Shown one piece after another: positions 25,095-36,542 of a stretch of DNA of 64,000 nucleotides (within the stretch, counting starts at the first letter, position 1; each line of letters begins with the position of its first letter). Origin of the DNA: Utricularia gibba (lineage: Eukaryota > Plantae > Magnoliophyta). The notes under the pieces were generated by a model. It had not been told where the DNA came from. It worked only from the letters and a program-made list of their open reading frames with translations, and ran no database searches. The stretch is taken from the NCBI GenBank assembly GCA_002189035.1, contig NEEC01000007.1:2542001-2606000 (forward strand), read 5' to 3'. The position numbers and the translations under genes were made by a program.

Positions 25095-28029
25095 GGTGAC
25101 GCCGGAGGACGACGACACAAGAAGAGAGGGAAATGAGGATACGGTGGGAGGAAATGTCTGCTCCTAATATATTTGTAGTTACTTTGCGGGGCAAAATAGA
25201 GAAATAATATTCTCGTTCTGCAATTATCATAAACTTTGCAACACGGTAATAATTTTCAATTTGGTTCCCATTGTTCTCCATATTTCGTCTGAAGCATCCC
25301 TATCGCTTTGTGTTCACAATGTCATGTGTCACAGTTGAGATCATCTTCAAATTACTTGCAATTAAAGTTACGATAACGAAATATCAATATTTTATTATTC
25401 AAATTATTGTTTTCACAAAATAAAATAATAGAATAATAGAATACGATAGAGAAAAAACCATAGTATAAAAATAAAATATATGAAAGAAAGACGTAATGTT
25501 TGCTGTTGCGTCCGATGTGACCCATTATTCACACAATTCCATTTCCACGATTATATAGCATTTAACACACGTTCTAATTAGTTGATAATCACTTGTCGGC
25601 CAATTAAAAATTAAAATTTTTGCTTCCACTACTAAAACGCTGCCCCCATGAAGTCGACACTTATGGCCTAATGACCTACCCGTGTCCGACACCAATAATT
25701 AACATTTTTTTTTTTACTTTCAATTAAGTATTTATTTAATCAAGATATAACGGTACAACATATTTTACGTTTGTTAGCGTAACACCACTCGGATGCCATC
25801 ATACTAGCTAGAGACGGAGATTTTATCGAAAGAGGAGTGAATAAATACCAATATTATAACATATTATTATCGAAAACAAATTTTAGAAAACACAATTCAT
25901 TCAATGTAATCTAAATTATAATTTATGATTTTTATATTTTTAAATTCATATATGAAACTATTATCATTAAAAGTACGAACAATATCTTTTTTCATAAAAA
26001 AATGGGTGCAACATAGCTACCATCACTCTCCTCATAGCTCCGTCCTTGATACCATCACCAATGCAATAGTAATTTGATAGAGTTAGTTTAATTTATAAAT
26101 AAAAAGATTTAAAACTCGTTTAATTAAGAAAATTTATGTGAGATAAAAGATTCTGTAACATATATATTGAGAAATATTTTCATTAAAAAAATGTAATTTG
26201 GAGACACAACCAAAATTATAAAATTCAGTATTTGAATTTTTTTTTTGATAGAATTTGAGGATATCATCTCATCTATTTATAGTGTTAGAGTTACAAACAC
26301 ACGAAAACTCATGTGCACGCTTAATTGCACGCAATAGACAAAAGGGGAAACTTCACATGACATAGTTCCGTGGATGATTAGGGAGGGGATTAGACGAAAT
26401 TAAACATGATTAACATAAAAAGAGAATTCTTCCCAGTTTAATGCATTTCCATATTTGACAGAGTTGTAATTTTGAAGAAAAAAATATAAATAAATAATAA
26501 AACTGAAAACCATAATGTGCTAGGTCAGAGAGAGGGCCCAGTGCTGGGCTGATTCGTGGGCCATGAGCCTTTTGGGCCCGGTATCATGTGGCTGCCTATC
26601 TCTTTTCGTACGACCCTCCAGAAGTAATCCTCATGCCTGTTGCCTGTGTGCTAGTTATTGGAATATAATAATATTTTTCCTGTAATACATTTATAGCCCT
26701 TGCCTCATGTTACTTGCCAACGATATGCCATGATTAGAAACAATTTCGATCGAAATTGAAGGATTTTCAAAATTTCTTTTTTTTTTTATGATTTGAAGTT
26801 TTTACGAATTTAAAATATTAGTAATAAATGGAGGGGGACTCACTTGGCTGGCCATTTTAGAAAATGTTTATTTATTTTTCCATATTATATATATATTTTT
26901 GGTGGTAATAATAAATACAATTTTCAAAGCGTACACGTGACAATGGTCCATACGAATGCATTCATTTTCCCATTAATAATTGCTATAAAAAGGGAATTCG
27001 TCATATTTAAAAAAAATATTTGATTGGTTAGCCACTTGGGGTGGGCTCCACGTCCCCCCGCCCTCCCGGCTCACAATTATTTGTGATATCGTGGTTCCAC
27101 AGGTAGACTCCGGCTACGCGGTGGATGCTGATTGGTGGGCTGCGTCGGAGCAGGAGACGCGGTCGTGGGTTGATCCCCACCACATTAAACGCGTATGAAA
27201 ATCAGGCTGGAAAAGTTGCATATAATTTGAGACTCGTAGTATTTCTTCACGTTTTGATTTGGAAAAAAGAAAGGATCGGAAAGGTTGTCCAGGGTCCCAG
27301 GTGGTGCAGAAAATTCAAAGAAAGAGGGTCAGGAGGGGATGATGTACGGGGAAAAATGGTGTTAGTTTAATGTGTAAAATAAGCATATAAAAGCTTCTTC
27401 TGTGGGGGTGCAATGGCAGAAATAGGAGGGCGACAGTTGAGGAGCAAGGGTGGCCATATCTGGGTGGAGGTCGAAAGGGACTTGTGAGGTGGAAGAATTC
27501 TAGAATTCCTCACATTCTGTATAATGTGATGGAGGGATGATGCTCAATGAGGAGTGACTTCCTGCAACAACAGAAAATTTGATGTCGGCAAATCAATCAG
27601 TCACAGATTGTTTGGTGCAACTGAGTTCAAGAACACGACTACCCATACCACACGGGATCTCTTTATTTGGTCAGTAACCCACATTTCTTTGTTTGTAAAG
27701 TTTTTTGTTGTTGAAAATATGGTATCTTTACACAAGGAGTAAATATCAATGATTTCTTTGTTCTCAACAGAAAAAAAAAATACAAAGCTCATAGCTTTTG
27801 GATTTGACTCTTACTTATCTTCTCCTTTTCTTTCAAATTTCTTTTTATGTCTCTTCTTGCATCGATGTAACCCTCTTCCTTGCAAAAATTATAAATCCAT
27901 TTTAATGATAGAAACAGTTGAGAATCGGTGATTCTTTTGCTTGCAATGAGGATATTCATGGTATGTTCCCTTCTTCTCATACCTTTTAAGCTTTGCTTGG
28001 AACGCTTGGTCTATCTCATCTTTCACTCT

Positions 28030-28345
28030 TGGCCTATTTTGTAATTTGAAGTTGTGATTCAAGTTATGTAGAATATAATCAATTTTAATATTATATGAAT
28101 AAAATGAATTTGAGATTGTAAAACTGTTTTAAAGGATAACATAAAATTATATTATAAAATTTAATAACATAAAATATATATTATAAAGTTTAATATATTA
28201 AATTATTATAATATGATATAAATGTATTTTTAGAACGTATAAAACTTGAATGTTATTATTATTTTAATTAATCTCTGTAACAGAAATTTAAGAAATTCAA
28301 TAATTTCTATATTTAATCACAAAATATGAATTTATGATTTTACGC
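28030..28345 (+). repeat. AT-rich dispersed repeat, copy B
   Basis: Shares colinear blocks with copy C (tattataaaatttaata, tatattataaagtttaata, aattcaataattt, tcacaaaatatgaatttatg) and with the reverse complement of copy A. Confidence 0.55.
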
Positions 28346-28940
28346 TGCATGGAAAGGCCTACAAGGCGCAGGATAAGATCACGCACTACATCTATGTTTG
28401 TGCACTACAGCTTTTGGGAACCAATTTCTGGGAAAGTAGTATGAGGAAAAAATTTCAAAAATATATAGAAGAATGAAAAAAAATTATATACATTAATATG
28501 TAAATTACAATTTTGCCTTTTATATATTTAGATTAATATTAAATAAATATATATTAATAAACGACGTTTGTGTGTGATAAAGTCTGGTCTCTACCGTTTC
28601 TTACTACTCTACATGACCTTGGAAGCATAATTTAACAGAGTAATAAAGGATAAAATCGATAATGTATATTGTAAAAGAGAAATTATTTTAAACATAATTT
28701 ATTGTGCATGTTAAATTATCCAAACATGTGACAGAGTTTAATGATATAGGCCTGTAATTTTGAGTGTGCATGTCAAATTGTCCAAACATGTGACATTGAA
28801 AATGAACACATAAATTCAAAAGTAATGATAATATTCAAATAATTGCGTTGTGGACCAAATACGCCGAGAGGCTCAAATTCTATCCATTGCAATAACATGT
28901 TCAGCATTGCTACACAAGCCCACTGATACAGGGTCCGTTC

Positions 28941-30167
28941 TCAACGCTTAACCCCGACGAACGACACGGCTGCCGGATCACTGTTTCCCGCGGCAACATC
29001 GCCTCCGAGCGGTGGCTCGAATTGACGAGGGTGAAGGCTCAAGGAGTTGAGGTAATCATCCATCAACTCATTGTCGAAGCTCATTGGAAGAACAGGCTGC
29101 TGCCTCCTTACTCCTCCTAGCACATCGCACCAATTAGGTAGATATGAGTCGACTTCCACCCCAAGGGATGGCACACGAGAGCCCACCTCCGTGTTGGAGC
29201 TTGAGGCCATTTCAGCATTCACCATTGCCCCCTGTATCAATTTCAAACTAAATACTGAAAACCAGTAAAGAAGCTCACTCCTGAGCCTAAAGAATTTGGA
29301 GCAGAAACCCTAACTAGCTCAACCTGAGAATCAAGATGCCCGTATGTCTCAGCTGCAAATGCATTGGCCATGTACTCGTACCAAAACCTGTACAAAATGT
29401 AACTCCAAAGTTTGATACTTGGTTCGATCTAGAGGGAGTTATTCGCTTTGTTCTAGATTGAGTTCTAGCTATTAAACTCAACTCTGAAGCAAGCAAAACA
29501 CTGCTCTCACCCGGTGCCATCAGATGAGCTTGAGAATGAGCATCCTTGGCCTTGGTGGGTTAGTTGTGGAACCTTGATAGGGAATGCAGCATCTGTTGCC
29601 ACAAGAGAATTCAGCTGAATAAGGAAGTGAAATGATATTGAGAAAATAAGGCTTACGATATTCTAAGGGTATGCTCTCTCGTTTCCACAGTCTTTTCCCT
29701 ATCTTTCCAAGCCTGAACTTCTGCAACACAAGCAAAAGTAAATAAAAAAGCCAAAGTAGAAAAATAAGAATACATCAGCAGTAGTTATTCAAACCTGCAA
29801 GTGGCTCTTGAGATGGTGTAGAGAGATGCCTTCCACATTCATCAAATTCAAGATTGTTTTAGGTGTTGCCTCTGGAAAAATTGCAGCAAGTGAACCCAAA
29901 GCAAAAAAAATCAGTTTTTAAAACCAGTAGAAACTAATCCCTGAGAAATGATTTATATATTGAGAATGGTTTGAGATCCCAGAGCAACAAACTGCTTGGT
30001 CCGCCAAGTTGATGGACGGCCTTGAGAAACAAATGGTGCAGCTCTGGCGTCCACCGCAGCCTGGGCTTCTGATCGGCTTCCGGCGGCTCCTCCTCGTCGT
30101 CGATCTCCACATCCGGTACGTGGAAGCGACGGCGGTTGGGTATGGTGGGATTGGGTTCCGGCCGCAT
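28941..30167 (-). CDS. GARP/G2-like Myb transcription factor (PHR1/PHL-like Myb domain)
   Basis: Exon 1 30167-29993 (KPRLRWTPELHHLFLKAVHQLGGP), 77-nt exon 2 29871-29795 (KATPK...HLKSHLQ), exon 3 29720-29657 (KFRLGK). Exons 4-6 (29592-29511, 29387-29324, 29231-28941) are inferred from GT-AG sites that keep the frame open and are less certain. Confidence 0.85.
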
Positions 30168-31391
30168 CCGCCTCCGCCTCCGGTTCGGGATTTGCTAGGC
30201 ATTTGATAGTAAGCGACAATGGTGGGAAGGGGGAGCTCAATCAGCAGGAGTAATGTCACCCATAAAAGACGAAATGGGGAGGTGCGATTTGCATGTACTC
30301 GCTCCTGCATTAATGCGTTCGTTGAGAAAATCACAAGTCGGTGCTCTAGCAGAGCAATCAAAAATAAAAAAGGAAAAAATCACAAAAATAAGGCGAAAGC
30401 CAACAAATAAGATATCCAAAAATTGTATTTTATAAAAAAAAAAACTGATTAATTTATACATTATCATTATTTATTGAAAAATACAATATTTAGCGCGAAT
30501 AAAACTATTCCAATTAAGATGAAAAATCAGCAAAAATTTGTTTCAGAGTAAATTAAATACATTATTTTATTTAACATGACCAAACAGCGGAAATACCTAA
30601 TATAATAATTTAATAATATAACAATCATAAAATATTAAAAAATAATACACATAATTAGTAAAATATTTATATCAGTATCCAAATAGTTTATAAAGATCAT
30701 ATCTCAAAATAAATCAATTAACAAGTTTAAAAAATTTATTACAATTGAAACCATAGCCTTTGCCGACAGCAGACGGACGACACATGCCCAAAGTTTTAAG
30801 GTTTGACTCATCATGTATTATAATCCAATCTAATGAAAAAAGTAATTATAGTAATTTGAATATCCAATATATATTTAATAGGAAAATATATCATATTTTT
30901 GTAATATGTGCATAAAAACTAGAAAATAAAGTCTTTCTTTGGTGTCATGATAAGGGCTGAAATTTTAGGTCTTCCATATCCATGGTAGCATTATTTTCTT
31001 TGGTACAAAACGCTCGTTGCAGATGGAGAGAGATATCCCAAAGCAAACGTGGGAGGAAGAAACGAGGAAGAAGCTCAGTGTCTGAATACCTTCACGCATA
31101 GGTGAAGCAGCTTCAGTGTCTTTCTTACACAAAATAGACGGGGCACAAGTTGCATTAGCTTCCTTTGTCTACTTCTTACTCAAGTTGACGGCAGTAACTG
31201 TAGTGGTGTGTCTTGTTGGACTTCGTGGGATTGCTTTAAACAGGTGTTTCTAACAGTAAAGCCTCAACAGGACCGGAGCAGTTACAGGTCCAAGCTGATA
31301 TCATCAGTACAGGAGAAATATGACGCGAAGATGCAGAGAGAACGGATGCCCATGTAGATATTTACATCAGAAGCAGACATCCAGGGAGAGA

Positions 31392-34300
31392 TCAAAACTG
31401 CGATGATACACCTGGGAAGGATGATCGGAGAGTGTCGAAGAGGGAGGTGGCGGATGCACTCTGAGAGAGAGTCATCTTCAGACGCCCCAGGAGTTCACCT
31501 TCACCATCTTTGGCCTGAGACGCAGCTTCTGCAGCTTCCTTTTCCATCCCAACTCTTGCATACGCCTGCATTCAATTTACACCGCCGCAAAGCTTCAGCA
31601 ATGGAAAAAGGAATGAAAATCTGGTGAGGTTCATCATGTTCGTTCTTGCCTCGGCTCGCTCTCGAGGATCGGAAAGTTTAGGGATGTATTTGAGGGCTTC
31701 ATTCTTCTCACCAGCATCAGTGCAGGCCTCAACGAAAGGACGGTAACCTGCAAAAGATGGATGTTTGCGAGATGCTTATAAGGCATGGGGGAAAGAAGCA
31801 CGATGGACAAACCTATTGGTGGTCGCCTTTCTTTTGAGAAGGCTTCAAGGGCACCCCAGTCCCTAATTGTTGCAAGGGCGAACACTTTAAGCCAGTACCA
31901 TCGTTTTTCTGAAACCTGAATACCCAAAACTTGACGTCAAGCAATGAGGGGCGAGAGCATATGAAAAGAAGACCAAGTAGCAGTTCACTAACCTTGAAGG
32001 TAGTCCTGACTTTATTTGCAGCCTGGTGATTTCCCAGAACAATGCATGTACGTATCGTGTCACTGATACTCGAATCAACGAAAATAGCCTGCTTTGTTGT
32101 AGCTTCAAGTTCATGTTGTATTCTGCAGGTAATCGTGATACTGTGAGAATGCTAACGCGTATAAGCTTATATGCACATGAACAGAGAATAGCAGCAAACC
32201 TTAACAGCTCTGCGTGTTCCTCGGCTGCCTTGGCCTCAAACATGTGCTCCTTTGTGTTCTTGAAAAGTTCATGTGCCTTCTTAAGCACAATAATACGATG
32301 ACCCTTGATCGGATTTTTTGCATGTTTCCATGATTCCGCCCACAGAAGAAAAGCCACTTCCTGCATGAGCATGTGAATGGAGATCGAGAAGGAAAAAAAA
32401 AAAAGGTGCTGCAAAAGAGATGGACATGGGCTTCTAAGTTATATACCTGGAGTTGACCAGCAGATAAGAAGAAGTCCTTCAAGAATTCATGCTTGAAACT
32501 CCTGAATGAGAACCAAAAGGTAAGAACAATAACAAAATGATCGAAGAAACTCCTTTGAGCTTCACCTTGCGTATGCAATGAACAGATCGCGTGCAAGCGG
32601 CCTGGCCTGAATTGTGATGAAGAATTCCAAAGGTGCTCTCTGTATTATTACAGGAAACAGATAAGTGATTTACTTTACTTAAAAGCACTAGAACTGGAGA
32701 AATTTTTTTTTTGACAGTCAGTAATCAAAATTCACCGCACCTTTTGCAATATATGAAACAGCACAAGATAAACGAGATCTGTGTCACCGATTTCAACTGC
32801 TTTTTCCAGTGCATTATCTTCCTCTCCAATGCTTAAAAGGAGAGGAATCTGAAAGAGAGAAGTGACAGTGAATTACAAGAGTTCAATAAGGCCAATATGC
32901 ATGTGGAAGAAATAAATATTCCGAGGAAGAAATGGAAGGCCATAAATTTACCTGCTTTGAACCATGTGGCTCATGTTGAACTAGCATAGCAGCTAGCTTT
33001 CTCCGACCACACTTATCAGCATGAGCAGCAACTGCTGCATATGATATACCTTTGCATATCTTGAGCTGATATTTGAAGACAGAATCATTGCAATTGTAAA
33101 ATCATGTTATCTTGGATACAACCACATAATACGAATTACATCAAAATATAAAATCACTTGATATAAAAACTAGATGGTAAAAAGCATGCCTTCTCAAGCA
33201 GTATTTCAAGAAGAGAAGAATCAGGAATTGCTGAGGATTCTGATATTTTGGTACAAGTCCAGTTCATCAAAACAGATTCCTGCTCATAAAAAAAAATGAG
33301 GCTAATACTAACTGTTTCAGCAGAAAATGCTGCATAGATAAACTTACTTGATTCAGTGAAAGAAATTCTGATATCCGAAAAGCTAGAAGATGTTTACGAG
33401 CATATACCAACCGGTTGATGAGAACAGCAGGTGTGAGCACCTGCATGAGGACACAAGATTCAAACTAAGAAATTTTTTTGACGAGTGTCATTATTGGTAA
33501 CTGCAAAACTCAAGAATTATGATTCACCTTGTACTGCTGAATGCTTAGAGGAATACCAATATTGATGCTGCGAACATCATTCAAGACACGCAATATTTTA
33601 CACATCTCTCGTATGCTGTCACGCTGTACATGGCTGTCAAATCCAACTGAAGATCATTAACCAAACAATAATCAGAATATGAAACCTTTAACAGCAAACA
33701 CTAACAATTATACTAAAAAAGTACGAGAGAATCTCCTAACTATTGGCATATAAATAACAGTACAAATTTGAGAAGCATCAGACCTTGCAAAAGTCTGGCC
33801 ATAGCTTGCAGCTCTCAGCAGTGTTTGCTGCAGGCGTTTATCAAATTCATAACCAGCGGCATCAATACATGCCTCAACAGCTTCTGGAAGTGAAGAGTGG
33901 ATCAACCTTAAATTTTCATCAGCCTGAAAGCTGTATGACATGAGCCTCCACTCAAGAATCATCATATAGTGAACATACAGAACATTTATTTTTTGGGAGA
34001 ATTAATCAACAAAAAGGCGCAAGAACTCAAGTGGAAGATCTGGGTTCTTTTCCATCTAACTCAGCTAACCCACACCCCAGCTTTCAGAAAGGTGATACAT
34101 TATTCCAAACGCTACATTTCTACAAGAGCTGTGAAAAAAGCACATGAATCAAGGTTCACACCTTTCAAAAAATTTTGCAAATTACCTTAGCGCTTTTCCT
34201 GTCAAAATGGTCAAGGGCATCGTACAGAAGAGCAGCAGGTGAGGTACTTCCTATTTGAAAGATAGATACTGTAGAGTCAGGAACTCTATGCAGGAACTCC

Positions 34301-35574
34301 ATTCTCTTGTCTGAGAGTATACGCACTCCATCATTTTCTGGGATAAGAATAATCGGTTCATCATATATGTATCGAACTGGATCTCCGAAGGGACCCACCA
34401 TTAATAACATGTCATCCCAGTACAGCAAGATACTGTCCAATCCACACCAAGCCAGTTGTTCAGGAGGAAGGCTTGACTACGCAAAAAATAAGGAACACCA
34501 AAGAGGAAAAAAAACAGCATGAGTACAATATACAACCCAAACAAGCACTAACAGAAAGGACTAGATGACAGTCATGTAGAACGGTTCATCAGGAACCAAA
34601 TCTCTATGATGTTAAGCCAAACGAGAAACAGAATAATGGACATTGGACTTCTTTTATTAAAGCTTAATCCACTAAATTCCCCTCAAACTTCACTAAAGAT
34701 TCAAAGACAATTCATCAGAGGAATTCCATGGTTAATTATTCGATCCAAGAATGATGATCGGTGTTTGCATAATTCTTGACAAACTCATTAGTAAATGTAC
34801 CTCACAGGTATACTCAATTATCACATTGGAAAAATCCACTGATAATACAAGAAGCCTCCCATCATGAGTGAAACATGCAACATACTCCCCTCTTCTAGAA
34901 ACGACCATCTTCTGGAAGGGCCCAACTCCTGGCGCCAGTTGCTGCACCTCATCCTCTTCGACCAACAAAACATGATCATCAACACCCATAAGCAGCTCCA
35001 CATCCCCAGATTTCGTGCACTGAGGATCAATCACCGCCATACAATGTGGAAGCGCTGCCAAATTACAATCCGGCAACTTAACTGTCTTCGGCATCTTCAA
35101 ATCCGGTATTGAGAAAATCTCAAAAGCCTCGTTTATACAAACCACGCCGTTCCCTGAGAAAACGCATTCAGCAACGCTGTTCTCAACGCACTCTTTGCCC
35201 AATGAAAAAGTTTTCACCAACTCGGCGTGGATATTGTAAAAATATACAGAGCCGTCCTGCGTGATGCAGACGAGAATTAGGTCATCAGTCCATGACATTC
35301 CGATAAGGCGACCCCCAGGGTTCTTCCAGATCGTCTCGGAGATGAGAACCCCGGAGGCGGTGAATATCCGGAGCTTGCGAAGCGCCGATTCGGCGTAAAG
35401 CTGGACGATTTTCGCATCGTCCCGAATCACCGCAATGGGTCCGCCGAATGGGGCGCAGGCGATCTTGTTCCGCGCGAGGTCCACGTTCTTCCACTGCATC
35501 TGGTAGATCTCCGGCTTCCGGTAGTAGCGGTTGTAGAGGAGCTGCCACTCCGCCGCTACTGAAATCCCCCCCAT
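31392..35574 (-). CDS. VPS16: Vacuolar protein sorting 16 (VACUOLELESS1), HOPS/CORVET subunit
   Basis: N-terminus MGGISVAAEWQLLYNRYYRKPEIYQMQW. Internal segments ILLYWDD, ADENLRLI, PLARDLFIAYAR, KEHMFEAKAAEEHA, VSEKRWYWLKVFALA. C-terminus AYARVGMEKEAAEAA...FDTLRSSFPGVSSQF*. Multi-exon; exon 1 is 35574-34801. Confidence 0.96.
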
Positions 35575-35765
35575 CCCCCAATTGAAAAAGCTCCTACCTT
35601 TACTTCAAAGCCCTCATCTTTTATTCAGTAGTTCTCTGATGATGGTGTAGGCGAGGAACGAGAGAACAAAGGTAACCTCCTCAAATAATTTTCATTTTAA
35701 TTCTTGAAAATTTGATTTTTAATAATTTAGTAATTACACATAAGCCGGACTATTTTTAAATAATA

Positions 35766-36254
35766 TGTTCTGATAGTACCCTGACGCAGTAAAGACGTAC
35801 AATGAAGATTGTTAAGTTGAAGCGTCTGGGTCGATAGGATTCGATGAGGATCGGAGATCTCCGAGCGCACACGGCGAACTGAAGATTGTAGAGAGGAAGC
35901 AGACCTACAAAGGGATGAGAGGGAAGCTTCCGCGGCTTTAATGGTGGATAACTGTTGCAGGAGATCTTGGTGGCGATAGATCACTTGATGGCGAATTTGG
36001 GTATCAAGGAGCCGGAGTCACCCTTGAAGTTTTTCGATTCTCGAGGCGGCGGAGCCGGAGGAGAGTGCGGTGGAGGAGAATTGTGTGGGGTTGAAGTCAG
36101 GGGAGAGAAACGGGGAGAAAATTGGGTCAGATGAAAAGCTACCCAAGTTGGAGGTCGCAGAGGAGAGTTTTGACGGAACGGAATTGGGGGCGCCGGCTGC
36201 GACGAGAGCGGATGACCTCTGCATTGGAGATCTGGAAATGGCTGGGGAAGCCAT
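35766..36254 (-). pseudogene. COG5: Truncated COG5 (conserved oligomeric Golgi complex subunit 5) 5' fragment with an in-frame stop
   Basis: A single frame gives MASPAISRSP...SDPIFSPFLSPDFNPTQFSSTALSSGSAASRIEKLQG*LRLLDTQIRHQVIYRHQDLLQQLS...SLQSSVRRVRSEISDPH...LQLNNLH...TIRT, matching the plant COG5 N-terminus as I recall it. TGA at 36018-36020. Homology stops after ~163 codons of an ~830-aa protein. Confidence 0.9.
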
Positions 36255-36542
36255 GATCTGCAGTTATTTCCGCTCCTTCAATCGGATGAAAGCACCACAA
36301 GTCCTCCTCCCTCCCTGCAAATACCTTCCATCGGAGCAAGACGCTGGTCTGGAAACATCACTTGCCAATCCATATTAAATGACAAAACGCCTGTACTGTT
36401 GAACAACGATACAAAGTTGGGTAGTATCAAGAATTGATGATCCCTGGAGACAAGTAGTGTATGCATGCATACACAGCTCTGTTCTTCTACTTGAGCCAAA
36501 AAATTAGATATCATACTAATTCTTATCAGGTTCAAAGGAAGA

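Noticed and set aside
29918-30361. Longer ORFs (147 aa and 95 aa) overlapping the Myb gene start
   Set aside because: Different frames from the Myb domain. The domain frame has a stop upstream of ATG 30167, so no extension is supported.
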